A stretch of 30,793 bases of DNA from Octopus sinensis (lineage: Eukaryota): positions 1-30,793 of the forward strand of contig NW_021832466.1 of assembly GCF_006345805.1 (NCBI RefSeq). Direction: 5' to 3'. Positions within the stretch are counted from its first letter, which is position 1. Each line of letters starts with the position of its first letter. Made by a program: the position numbers and the translations under genes. Below the pieces are notes generated by a model. That model made no database searches and had not been told where the DNA came from. It saw only the letters and a program-made list of their open reading frames with translations. Shown here in pieces: positions 10,965-23,026 of this stretch.

Positions 10965-11617
10965 TAGGCACAGGGCCAGTAATTTCGGGTGAAAGGAAAG
11001 TAAATTACATGGATCCCAGTATTAAACTGGTACTTATTTTATCGACTTACAAAAAATGAAAGGCAAAGTTGACTTCAGCTGAATTGGAACTCAGAACGTA
11101 AAGACGACCGAATTGTTGCTAAGCATTTTGCCTGGCGTGCTAATGATTCTGCCAGCTTGCCGCCTTAGAAATAACAATAACCCTTTAGGCGCAAAATCTG
11201 AAATTTGGTGGGAGGGAATAAATCGAATAGATCGACCATAGTATTCAATTGGTACTAAATTTATCGACCCCGAAAAGATAAAAGGAAAATACGATCTCGG
11301 TGGAATTTGAACTCAGAACGTAAAGAGGGACGAAATGCCGCAAAGCACTTTCCCGGTGTGCTAACGATTCTGCCAACTAGCCGCTTTCAAAATGATAGTA
11401 ACAATTGCTTTAAATCTTGACCATGGGTTAGCAGATTTTAAGAGGCGGGGAAGTCGATTGCATTAAACTCCTTTACTTGGCCAGTACTTATTTTATCGGC
11501 TCCGAAAGGACGGGAGGGAAAGTCGAACTTCGCGGATATGAGTTCAGAATGTATGTACGGACGAAATGCTACTCAGCATTTTGTCCGAGTGCAACGATTC
11601 TCTCAGCGAGCTGCCTT
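10965..11617 (-). mobile_element. Tandem array of three diverged SINE A' copies (10965-11167, 11186-11387, 11410-11617)
   Basis: Each has the core, a GAACTCAGAA-like B-box complement and a GCC(GC)CTT-like head end; linkers are about 20 bp. Confidence 0.8.
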
Positions 11618-11619
11618 GA

Positions 11620-11670
11620 TCTTATATTATAAAAATGAAGCGGACCTCCGTCTGTCTGTCCGTCACAACA
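11620..11670 (+). mobile_element. Possible Helitron-like 5' terminus
   Basis: A|TCTTATATTATAAAAATGAAG...CGTCTGTCTGTCCGTC fits the A|TC start and the TATTATAAA plus (GTCT)n layout of non-autonomous Helitrons. No CTRR 3' end found. Confidence 0.4.
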
Positions 11671-11729
11671 TCTATTAGAGGTCTATTAGAGGGAGGGAAA
11701 GAAGGCGAAGAGTCAAAATATACGTCACA

Positions 11730-11925
11730 ATGTAATTTGAGACTCATCATGGATATCAAGTGGACCGACCAACACTGAAGTCCTCATCCGAGCCAAGATA
11801 TCCAGTTTACTCTCCCTACTCCAGCAGCGTCTTTTGCGCTGGCTCGGTCATGTACATCGCATGTCGGACGGAAGGATCCCAAAAGATCTCCTGTATAGGG
11901 AATTGGCCACCGGCTCAAGAGCACG
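11730..11925 (+). pseudogene. RTE-clade LINE RT C-terminal fragment
   Basis: IMDIKW...TEVLIRAKISSLLSLLQQRLLRWLGHVHRMSDGRIPKDLLYRELATGSRAR, the RLRWxGHVxRMxxxRxPK motif. Confidence 0.8.
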
Positions 11926-13139
11926 AGATCTGGTATTTTAGTATACGTCTTTTATAATTATTCCTGCAGTGGTTGAACTTGGCCCTTCTTGTCAGTCTAG
12001 ACAGGCATGACATAGATCATTACACATGCCGTTTGTTCGGTACATGTGTATACCAATTTCTTAAATGCTGATACAGTCTCATGCTACTTAGTGACAGGGT
12101 AGGCACATACTTGTACCTTTTAGTATCGGCGTTGGTTCAAGCATATACCATTTCTTCACGACGTTGGTGCACGCTTAAAACACTTCGTCACAGCTAAGTG
12201 ATGTACATTGTCCAATGTACATGGCTGTCGGCTCCATCATCTTTGTGTATATATTCCGATCTTTCAAGGACCAACCAGTCAAGAATGTTGAGATCAATTG
12301 TCGCATTGAATTAATTGCATAATTCTGTACATGGTGTTTGGCTCTTCCTTTTTTTTTCTTTTTCCTTCTGTTCTCTTTTTAAGATAGAATAATTTCTTAC
12401 CTCTGATGCTATTAGAAAAATACAAAATAAATTTTTAAAAATAGATAAATAAACAAATAAATAAAAGCACAAAGAACCAACTCGTAACTGAATTGCGAGA
12501 AATTCCTTTCTTTCGTTATCTTAACGTCAATACATTTAATTGACATTATGTAAGCATTGAAAGAGTATTGCCTTTCTAGGTGAATGCCGAAGATGCAAAT
12601 AAGACAAAAATAATCCTTATGAGAAATCCCTTCAGATAAAATGAATAGTAACAATGTGTACGTTGCGTCTGGCATTACTTTAAACTATGTTACACAGCGT
12701 AGATGTGGTCATCTTCACATTATCTTGAAACATGCATAACTGTACAATCCTGTAAGCAAACTGCCAATCAGCAATCCAATCAGACAAACAACCAATCAGA
12801 TGAAGAGACAATTAGACAGCTAGCCAACCAGCGAACGAAGAGGCCGACCACGTTTCGAAGAAGCTGCTGGCTTAAATAACAACGATCTTATGCAGTAATG
12901 TATAATGTCGTCTTCTCTGACAGGTTTATATTTTATATTGTTACGGAAGATGCACATACATAGATGTAGGTATATAAACATGTGTATATAACTTACGCAG
13001 ACACAGACATACAGGCATATTTGCGTATATGCATCCAAACACGCTCAAATTATGTATGCTTGCAGACTTACTGAGATACAGACAAGCACATGCACGCAAA
13101 TATACACGCATACATACATGCATAGACACGTCCATAATA

Positions 13140-13500
13140 TACTTACACGTGTGCATATATATATGTACGCTTTTGCATGTATATATGTATGTATTTATGT
13201 ATGTGTGTGTATATGTGTATGCTTGTTTATGTGTGTATGTATGTGTGTATGTTTGTCTGTGTGTATGTAGGTATGTATATATGTATGTATGTATATATGT
13301 ATGTATATATGTATGTATGTATGAATGCATGTATGTATGTATGCATGTATGTATGTATGCATGTATGTATGTATGTATGTATGTATGTATGTATGCATGT
13401 ATGTATGCATGTATGTATATATGTATGCATGTATGTATGCATTTATGTATGTATGTATGTATGTATGTATGTATGTATGTATGTATGTATGCATCTTTAT
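13140..13500. repeat. (TATG)n microsatellite
   Basis: Direct reading. Confidence 0.95.
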
Positions 13501-14213
13501 GCATGCACACGCTTACACCTAATATGCGAGCAAATCGATGAAGACAACAATTTTGAAAACAAAACTTATAAAAATAGCCTAATCAAACCGAAAGACAAAC
13601 GGATAACATTCAAAATATGTCGACCATTTTGGACAAGTAAAACTAGTCATTCTACACGTAAAACATATTTTCATATTTGTTGTGAGCGACAGAAGCAGTA
13701 TTAGTTCAAAATCGTTATCTGTATATCATACTTAAAGTAGAAACATCATTAAAGGCTTGATAACTGTGGTATTCATCTCGAGATGGCTTATACATTTTCA
13801 TATATTGAATTATGTCTTATTATATGTTGTTTCGTTTTGCACCCTTCTCTTCACCACAATATGAATGGATAAAAACAAAGAGAAAAAGGAGAAATTTGCC
13901 AAAAGGAAAAAAGAAAGAAAGAAAAAGGGAAACGGTAGGCAGGCGGGAAAGAGAGGAAGGAAAAGAAGTAAAGAAAGAAGATATGGCGGAAAGTTAACAT
14001 GTATCAGCAGCAAGATGACAAACAATGCTGTTTAGAAAATGGTTAATTAAACTATCTTTGATTTTTGTTCCTACAAAAAGGTGCCAATTTTCGGATTGAT
14101 TCTTGACACCTTAGTTTAAAGATAACGTTTGATCTAATTTTCTGTTGATTTGGCATTCTTGTTAGTGTCTTATTTCTTCTCTGTCTCTGTCTGTCTGTCT
14201 GGTTGTCTGTCTC

Positions 14214-14263
<50 letters not shown>

Positions 14264-14424
14264 CCTCTCATTGTTGTCGTGCGCGCATGCGAATGACAAT
14301 AAGTTACTACCAGAAATCACATCTATTACTGCCGATATCACCTTAATAATAACAACAAAAACAACAATAACAACAACAACAACAACAACAATAACAACAA
14401 CAACAACAATAATAATAATAATAA

Positions 14425-14745
14425 ATGCCCTTATGCTGTACCAGACAATGGCTCTCATGGCTTCTGATCTTAACTGATTGGAAGTGTTATCATGTAGATT
14501 GCTTTGTCTTGGTATAAAAGATGGGCTACAGCAAATATTCTGCTCAACACCACAGGTTTGCTTGTGAGTTGTTTGACCTTAACCAGTTGAGCATGTCCCT
14601 TAGTGGCTGACGATATGTGCATCTCTAATGATAAGCAAAAGTAGTGGAGGAGCGTTAAGAATAATTTTTTGAAGCTTCAATAATTCAATTCTGGAAACAT
14701 GGGTGTTTTATTCATTATCGTTAAACAAACCTTTTGAGCGGTATG
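14425..14745 (-). mobile_element. Interspersed repeat family C (retroposon-like 3' region ending in a (TTA/TTG)n tail)
   Basis: Reverse complement aligns with 18795-19148 (e.g. AAGGGACATGCTCAACTGGTTAAGG, GAGCAGAATATTTGCTG, TTCCAATCAGTTAAGAT); the tail tract lies at 14345-14424. Confidence 0.8.
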
Positions 14746-14764
14746 GGCTTAAAGCAATATCGAT

Positions 14765-15155
14765 CGACTTTGTCTATTTAGAAAGGAAGGCAGCAAATGA
14801 CTAACTAAACGTCTAAGAAACTGTTGGTCCTGCGATACTGAGTCTGGAAAACTACGTTGTGCAGAGTATGAAAAGAATACTGTCGACGGCCAGAGATGCC
14901 TAAAAAGTAACTCAAACCGCGGAAAAATTCAAAGAGAAAAGGAAGTTCCCGAGAATTTTGAAAGTAACGGTCACTGGCTCTGATGATGGACGAGAACTTG
15001 AAACGAGAGACAGAGATCTTAATTATAGCTGCTCACAAACTACTCTTTAGAACAAATCTGATAAAAGCAAAGATCGACAAAACTCAGTCAGAGAACAAAA
15101 GTAGAATCTGCAGAAAAGGGACGAAAGAATCAATTACATTTGAGTGAATGCAGTG
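14765..15155 (+). pseudogene. Degenerate R4/Dong LINE fragment (thumb to zinc-knuckle region)
   Basis: RKEGSK (RKEGGRGL-like), then LIIAAHK..RTNLIKAKIDKTQSENKSRICRK; homologous to 20700-21200. Confidence 0.6.
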
Positions 15156-15164
15156 TATTACCTA

Positions 15165-15829
15165 GCTACCTACCTACCTACCTACTATCTTCCTACCTAC
15201 CTACCTACCTACCTACCTACCCCTACCTACCTACCTACCTACCTAGCTACCTAGCTACCTACCTACCTACCTACCTACCTACCACCTACCTACCTACCAA
15301 CCAACCTACATACCTACATACCTACCTATCTACCTACATACATACGTGTTTTCATGCATACATGTATACATACTTACATGTATGCATGCGTACATGGATA
15401 CAAACCTACAGACATACATACATTCTGATGATATAGGTACTAACTTACATACATCATTAATACATCCATGCATGAATGCATAGCTCTCTACATACATGCA
15501 TACATACATACATGTTTTCATGCATGCATGTATAAATACTTACATGTATGCATACATACATTCATACATATATGCAAACCTACAAACACACATACATACG
15601 TACCTACCGACCTACATGCATACATGCCTGCATACATTCTTCATACATTCGTACATGCATACATACATTTATACATGTATACATATATACACACACACAA
15701 ATATACATGCATGCATACATACATACAAACATACATATATGCATACATACACGCATATATTTATACATGCACACATACACAGACAAACACACATGCATGC
15801 ATACATAGATAGATAGATAGATACATACA

Positions 15830-15860
<31 letters not shown>
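15165..15860. repeat. (CTAC)n then (CATA)n microsatellites
   Basis: Direct reading. Confidence 0.92.
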
Positions 15861-16129
15861 CACAGTGATCTCCCTTGTCAAGCGGAGGCTTATGAACGCA
15901 GTAATTTAAAAAAGAATGAAAAAAAATAACGACCATTTAACTTTGATATAAAGTCAAACGAAGGCACAATAAACTTAACCACTTTCTCGCCCCCTTATCT
16001 CTCCGCTCGTAATCCTACTGTCCAAACGTGTGACTATGCAAGGAATTGCCGTTTGTCATATTACAAAAAGGGAAAACGGAGTCAATGGTTTAATAATATA
16101 ATACATTATCTCGTATGTGACTACGAGCG

Positions 16130-17177
16130 AAGACAAACTGATGAGCAAGGAAAGCAACAGCCAACAGCACAGTAGCAGTTTAAGCGGCAACAGAAAGAAC
16201 AACAACAACCACAACAACAACAACAGCAGCAGCAATAAGAACAACAACTGAAGCTTCACAAATAGCAGTGTCGGTAAACAAGCAGTAACAAAACGGCAGT
16301 AACAAATTCCTCAGATTTATCTTAATCATTTGTTCGTCTTTAACACCCAAAAGAAATGTTGTTTGCTTTAGACGTGGCTAAGCTCAAAGAAAAACACACG
16401 ATACGTGATCGTTTGAATAAAAACAGCCGGCCCAAATATCCACGGATCATGCTGATTGTGGTAATAGCAGTGTAGCGGCGACAGTGGCGACGTTAGATCT
16501 ACGCTGATGGTGGTGGTGGTGGTGGTGGTGGTAATGGTGGTGATGGTTGTGGTGGTGATGGTGGAAGCGATGTTAACGGCGGCTATAACTATTGTAAAAT
16601 AATAGATAATGATAGAGCTGGCGAAGATGGTGAAGGTGGTGGTTGTAATGGCGACAGTAGCTGCGTTTAGTGCAAATAGTAGAAATGATAATGGCGGCCG
16701 TCTTAAATGATTATTAGTGTTAGCAGTGGTGTTGGTGGTGGCGTTAGCGTTGGTTGCGGGAGTGATGGTGGAGGCGAAAGCGGCGGTGTTTATTGATAAC
16801 AATGAGAGTGGAGCGGTGGTGGGTATTGTAGCGCTGTATTTGTGATCTCTTTGTTGTTGTTGTTGTTACTGCTGTTGGCGTTACTGTGTTGATGGTGGTG
16901 GTGGCGGTGGTGGTTCTAGTGGCGGCGGCGGAAGCGTTTTAGCTCCCAAGACAAGTCTTGGTGTTTTTGAGCAGACCTATAATGAAAAGCGTTCTAGCTG
17001 TGACCATCCTGCCTGTTACAATTATCATTATAATTTTTGTTTCCTTCCTTCATTCATTCATACATAGGGGACTTCGAATTTTAAGACGTTAAAATGAGAT
17101 TTAAACGAGATTTGACTGCTACTTTTAGCGGGTTATGCACACTGGCAGAAATAATCCGTTGACGCAACCCCATTCGC

Positions 17178-17211
<34 letters not shown>

Positions 17212-17389
17212 CTGTTAGTGGCAGCAGCAGCAGAAACAACAACAACAGCAGTAGGAGCAGCAGTAGTAATGGTAGTAATGGTAGTAGTAGTAACAGCTGC
17301 AGCAGCAGCCACAGTAGTAGTAGTAGAAATAGAGTTGTAGTAGCAGTAATAGTTGCAGTAGTAGTAGTAGTAGTAGTAGTAGTAGCAGC

Positions 17390-17438
<49 letters not shown>

Positions 17439-18471
17439 ATAGCAGCAGCAGGAGCAGTAGTAGCAATAGTAGTAGTGGTAGTAGTAGTGGCGGTGGTGCT
17501 GGTGGTGCTGGTGATGGTAGTAGTAGAAGAATTGATGGCAAAATTGGTAAACTGTTGCTTCTGATGTTGGTGAGTGTGGTAACGTTGTTGGTGGCGGCGG
17601 CGTTTTGGTTTTGGTGGTGGTGACGGCGGCGTGGTGGGGTGGTGGTTTTGGTCGTGGTGGTGGTGGTGGTATTAGTGGTAGTGGTGGTGCTAGCGCTTGT
17701 GGTGATTGTTATAAACAGTGTTCTTGGCGATGTTGATGTGGTGATGGAGTTTTCATAACGGAAGCGATGTTGACGTTGGTGTATGGAGTGAGTGGTAGTG
17801 GCTGCACTGGTGCACATACTGTTGTGGCGGTGGTCATTGTGATGGCGGTAATGGTAGTGGTAGCGGTGGTGGTGATGGTGATGGTAATGATGAGGTTATG
17901 GTGGTGGTGGTGGTGGTTGTGGCGGTAGTGTTGGTGGTAGTGGTAGCGGTAGTGGTGGTGATTGAGGTAGTGCTGGTGGTGGTGGTGGTGGTGGTGGCGG
18001 CGACGGCGATGTTGGTAGTGTTGGCTAGTGAGTTAGTTGTTGATGACTTTTAATGAATGCTGCAGTTTTATAATGGAAGCGGTCGTGGGACATTATTTGG
18101 CGGCTGAAGATAATGGCTGTTTTTGTGTCAGTTTTAAATAGCAATGATGGTTGCAATGATCGTGGTAATAACGGAGTACGGATGGTGTCTTAAGGTGTCA
18201 GTGATTGTTGATGTGGAAATGTCTTATGAATGGATTGGGAAAACTAGTGATGGTAGTGGTGGCGGCCGTGGTGGATGGTTGTGACAATCGTGTTATGGAT
18301 GAAGGTGGTGGTGATGGTGGTGGTGGTGGTGGTGGTGATGCCGAAGGCGGTGCGTGTGCGGCGATTAACGTGTAATCATCGTCAACGTCGTTGTTGTGGT
18401 AGTTCTGGGTGTTGTGGATATGACTACTACTACTACTACTACTACTACTACAACTGCTGCTGCTGCTGCTG

Positions 18472-18513
<42 letters not shown>

Positions 18514-18550
18514 ATACTAATACTGTCATCATCATCATCATCATCATCAT
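16130..18550. repeat. Long mosaic trinucleotide low-complexity region: (CAA/CAG), (GGT), (GGC), (TAG), then (CTA/CTG/ATC)
   Basis: Direct reading; short unique islands are interspersed. Confidence 0.85.
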
Positions 18551-18551
18551 T

Positions 18552-18640
18552 AGGTGGCGAGCTGGCAGTATCGTTAGCATGCCGGGCAAAATCTTCAGCG
18601 GTATTTCGTCTGCTGCTCGCTCTGAGTTCAAATTCCACCA
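18552..18640 (+). mobile_element. SINE A tRNA-like head only
   Basis: AGGTGGCGAGCTGGCAGTATCGTTAGCATGCCGGGC...GAGTTCAAATTCC; homology stops right after the B box. Confidence 0.8.
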
Positions 18641-18644
18641 ATAT

Positions 18645-19148
18645 ACCCATCATAAATACCCGTCTGATAAGGCTACACCAGGCACAGGCAACACAACCAT
18701 ACGTGCGCGATATGTTGATCTATATCAAGATAAACAGCGCATGACCTTGCAGGTGGGGCCCAGTTAGAAATTTCGTCAGGTCAAGCAGACCAACCTGCTC
18801 AAAAGGTCCCTTAATAAAAGTTGTGCAAGGATTTTGAACGAACCACCCATATTTTCATAGGTGAATTATTGAAACCGCAAAGAATTCCTCTCAACACATG
18901 GTTATGATGCTTCCCCGTTACTTTTGCTCGTGATCAAAGATGCACATATCGACAATTATTAAGGGACATGCTCAACTGGTTAAGGCGAAACAACTGAGAA
19001 ACAAATTTGTTATATTGAGCAGAATATTTGCTGCAGCCCATCTTTTATACTAAGATAAAATATGTACATGAAAACATTTCCAATCAGTTAAGATAAAAAC
19101 ATTTTTCAAAAAACATGAAAGCCAGTGCCTGGTATTGCATCAAGGCAT
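18645..19148 (+). mobile_element. Interspersed repeat family C, longer copy
   Basis: Its 3' part matches 14425-14745 in the opposite orientation; the 5' boundary is uncertain. Confidence 0.75.
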
Positions 19149-19149
19149 G

Positions 19150-20070
19150 AAATGCGATGAGGTTCTAGGGAAGACTCTGGGTGTCGACAAGAACGAACTG
19201 GCGAGTTTCTTCTGGTGGACTTTCCGGTCGCGAACTATCATGGATAATTTCCAGACGTCCTTGGCCTGGCAGTGCTACCGGTGGGGTGCTACTGATTCGA
19301 GATAAATTCTACAGGCACCGATGTGCTGTCAAACGTGCTTCTATGAGGTGCGCTCAGAGTGACGATTCCGTTCTGGATACCCTCGTTCAGTGTCCGGGCA
19401 TTGCTGACTTCTGGAGTCATGTTGAACAGCTGCTGCCACGTGTGGGACGGATCCGTCTGCCAGCTGAGACTGTAGAGATGAACGCACCGCCACCTTCCTT
19501 CAATTGGGCAAGCAAGACAGCTTTCCTTTGCCTGGTGGCTGTGGCGAAAGAGACTGGCGGACAAGGCGGAAAGACAGGAGGACGGCAGATATATTCCTAT
19601 CTGATAGAGCGCACATTGACTTTTTCAAGTTTCTCTTGAAAAGGAAATTGAGAGTGGAGAGGGAAGTGTTGTCCTCAATTGAGTTTATTGAAAGGTGGGT
19701 AAAAGTTGCGAAAATGGCGAGAGAGGATGGTACCTCTCTAAGTGTTGGCCTGTGAGTCGGAGAGAAGGAATTGGAGAGGGCACTTGCTCTTGGGGTTTCA
19801 GGGAAATCTCGGACAGTGGGATTTCTCGATTATCCTTAGAGGCCTTCCTGTATCAGGAGGGCCACATCTCTATCATCCCCTCCGCCATTTTTCTTAAACC
19901 TTTGTATTCTATGCATATGTCCCTTCTTTTACAGTGTATACCGTGTATACTTAATTTCTATCTCCCTTACCCCACTTTTTAAAATCATTTCATCATATGT
20001 ATAAGCCTCCACACCTTATGACTATATCTGTACTGTCTCCCTCATCCTCCGCCCTTGTGGTATATAAATG
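19150..20070 (+). mobile_element. 5'-truncated L1/Tx1-clade LINE (ORF2 C-terminus, frameshifted, plus 3' UTR)
   Basis: MDNFQTSLAWQCY...RDKFYRHR...CAQSDDSVLDTLVQCPG...FFKFLLKRKLRVEREVLSSIEFIERWVKVAKM; stop at 19753-19755; ends GCCCTTGTGGTATATAAATGACA then (TTA)n. Confidence 0.85.
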
Positions 20071-20073
20071 ACA

Positions 20074-21236
20074 TTATTATTATCATTATTATTATTATTG
20101 TTGTTGCTGTTGTTGTTATTTCAGACACACACAGCAGATTAAACTGCTGGAAACGAAAAATTCCTAACATCGGGATACAGGTAACCTTAGATGTCAAGAA
20201 CATTCCAAAGTATTCTAGCTGTCCTTAATAACGTCGTTTTCTGGAACTGCAATAAACTAGTTCATATGCCTATTTCCTCCTATTTCCTCTATCCATCTGT
20301 TCAAATCTTTAGCGATAGTTTTTGATGCACATTTAACTACTGGGATACATTTACCCGCACTTACCACGGCCTCTGTAACTCAATGGCTAGACCCTGGGAC
20401 TTTGTTATTTTTTCTAAACTTCTCACGTTGATTTTCTCCACATGTGGAATGGTAAAATCGATTACCCGACACTTTCTATTCTCTTTGTCTCTATTACTAC
20501 TAAATCAGGTCTTCTAGCTTCTATAACTGTCAGTCTGAATATTAAAGTCCCACAACATCTTGTATTTCTTACTTTCTAGTACTTTACTAGGTTCATGTTC
20601 CCACCATTTATGAGTATGTTCAAATCCTAGCTTTCTACATAACACCCAATGGATTACTCTACCTGGGTTGTCCTGTCTTTTCTTGTATTCTTTCTGTGCC
20701 AGCATGCTACATTCACTTACTATATGAATAACACTTTCCTCTTTTGATTTGCATAACCTACATTGGGAATCTACTTGGTTTTTGTCTATCCTGGCGCTTA
20801 TCCGATTAGTCTTAATGCTTGATCTTGTGCTGCTACTAACAAACTTTCTGTCTCCCTTTTCAGCTTTCTTTTCTGCAACCGTAACCATGTCTCATTATCA
20901 CTATTTACTACAATCATCTTTAGGAATCTACCGAGCAAAGCCTTCTCTTGCCAGTTAGATAATCTTGCTCCTTTTTTTCTGGTTTTTAACCTCATTTGGC
21001 TTTTTGGCCTTTTGCTTTCCCTATGTCCTATTGTAACGCTAGCAGCTCTTAGGAGACTTTCTTCCCAATTACCTACATAAGAGTCTATATCTACTCTAGC
21101 TAACTCCATGCAGTCTTCAACTGATATTAACCCTCTTCCATATTCCTTTCTAGGTAAGTATAATCTTGCCACTCCTACTGTTGGGTGGAGTCCTCCATTC
21201 ATATTATATTCTTTCCTAGTTCTTCTGTCTATTATC
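20074..21236 (-). mobile_element. 5'-truncated R4/Dong LINE (thumb, CCHC knuckle, restriction-like endonuclease, 3' UTR, (AAC/AAT)n tail)
   Basis: IDRRTRK, ARLYLPRKEYGRGLISVED, LLVAAQDQAL, CRLCKSKEESVIHIVSEC, LWDFNIQTD and terminal LLRTARILWNVLDI*. Tail at 20074-20118. Confidence 0.9.
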
Positions 21237-21294
21237 AAAGACGGGTGAAAGTTGCAAGAATGGATGGTATCTCTTTAAGTTAGAGATACGATCC

Positions 21295-21525
21295 AGGCAA
21301 GCTGGTAGAAATGTTAGCACGCCGGGCGAAGTGCTTAGTGGTATTTCATCTGCGGTTACGTTCTGGGTTCAAATTCCGTCGAAGTCGACTTTGCCTTTCA
21401 TCCTTTCGGGGTCGATTTAATAAGTACCAGTTAGGCACTTGGGTCGATATAATCGACTTAATCCGTTTGCCTGTCCTTGTTTGCTTTCTCTGTGTTTAGC
21501 CCCATGTGGGTAGTAAAGAAATATA
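21295..21525 (+). mobile_element. SINE A, near full length
   Basis: Head AGCTGGTAGAAATGTTAGC, GGTTCAAATTCC, core GTCGACTTTGCCTTTCATCCTTTCGGGGTCGAT, tail AGCCCCATGTGGGTAGTAAAGAAATA. Confidence 0.9.
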
Positions 21526-21769
21526 TTATTATTGTTGTTGTTGTTGTCGTTATTATACTTAGGAAGTTTTAGATTTTTAAGCTATAGTATCGTAAGGGCG
21601 GACCTTGCCTTCCAACATACCGAGGTCGATAAAACTGTATATCTGGTCAATAATATTGTTGTTGTTGTTGTTGTTTAGTTGTTAGTGTTACTTTATACAG
21701 TAAATACGAACAACTAATAAACATGCACATATATACACATGCTTTTTGAAAAATTGAAATATTTCTGTG

Positions 21770-21902
21770 TATACTGTGCGTCTGTCTGTCTGTCACTCTG
21801 CTTGTCTGCCTGACTGTCTGTCTGTCTGTCTGTCTGTCAATCTGCATGTCCGCCTTTCTTCTTTCCACCTGTCTACCTACCTACCTACCTACCTACCTAT
21901 CG

Positions 21903-21975
<73 letters not shown>

Positions 21976-22066
21976 CCTACCTACCTACAGCCCTGTGTGG
22001 CTAATAAAGAAACATATCTATCTATCTATCTATCTATCTATATGTCTATCTATCTATCTGCCTGTT
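21770..22066. repeat. (GTCT)n/(CTAC)n/(TCTA)n microsatellite containing a 28-bp LINE 3'-end copy
   Basis: Direct reading; insert at 21988-22015. Confidence 0.9.
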
Positions 22067-22067
22067 C

Positions 22068-22844
22068 GGGACGACTTTCGGGCCAGGGCCCATGGACAAC
22101 TTCCAGAGATCCCTGGCCTGGCAGTGCTACCGAGAAGCGCTACCCGTTCGGGATAAGCTCTACAGACACGGCTCGAGAAACACGGGGCCGACCTGCCCGA
22201 GATGCGGTCAGAGCGACGAAACCGTTCTGCACGCACTCGTTCAGTGTCCAACAATTTCCGACCTGTGGGCTTATGTCGAACAACTGCTGTCACGTGTGGG
22301 ACGAGTCGGTTTATCAGCTGAGTCTATCGTCAATATTGTCACGCCTCCTTCCTTCAAACGGGAAGGAAGAGCTATTTTCATCATCCTTGTGGCTATGGCG
22401 AAAGAATGTATCTGGTGGACGCGTCTGAAAGGATTGGAGACAAACACTTTCCTCTCTGGTCAATCTCTCATCAACTTCTTCAAGTACCATTTGAAAAGGA
22501 AAGTGAGAGTAGAGAGGCAAGTTTTGTCTAGCGAATGTTTTAAAAAAAGATGGGTGAATGTAGCAAGAATGGCACGTATGAATGACGAAGCCACCTTGAG
22601 CATGATCCTATGAACCCAGAAATTGAAAACAGAGAGTTGCTTATTTGCAAAAAAAAAAAAGAAAAAAAAAAGAAATATAAAATGTGACTTCATTGACCGA
22701 GGTTACCGTGGTCTTTTCCGTAGGCTTTTCTTTCCACGGGTAAACCTCACCTGTCCTCCCCTTTACACTTCATATTGACATTTCTGTGATAACGATCCCT
22801 ATTGATCAATTTTTTTTTTTCCCCTCCCCCTTTTTTTTTTTTTT

Positions 22845-22875
<31 letters not shown>

Positions 22876-23026
22876 GTCCTCTTTCTCTCCTTTTACGATC
22901 CCTTTTGATCGAAACTCCCCCTTCCCCCTTTTTTTTTTTTTTCTTTTTTTTAAACCTTCAAAAGAAAAGCTCTACCTTGTAATTTGTTCTATCTGTGTGC
23001 AGCCCTGTGTGGCTAATAAAGAAACA

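Noticed and set aside
10965-11617. CRISPR-like array
   Set aside because: The units are about 200-bp SINEs with Pol III boxes, in a eukaryotic context with no cas genes.
16368-17817. Thr/His/Leu-rich ORFs resembling mucins or membrane proteins
   Set aside because: Fully explained by (GGT)n/(TAG)n repeats; frames break repeatedly, with no splice or homology evidence.
22800-22945. Alternating poly-T/poly-C runs as a special structure
   Set aside because: They lie in the LINE 3' UTR, and homopolymer lengths may be sequencing error.
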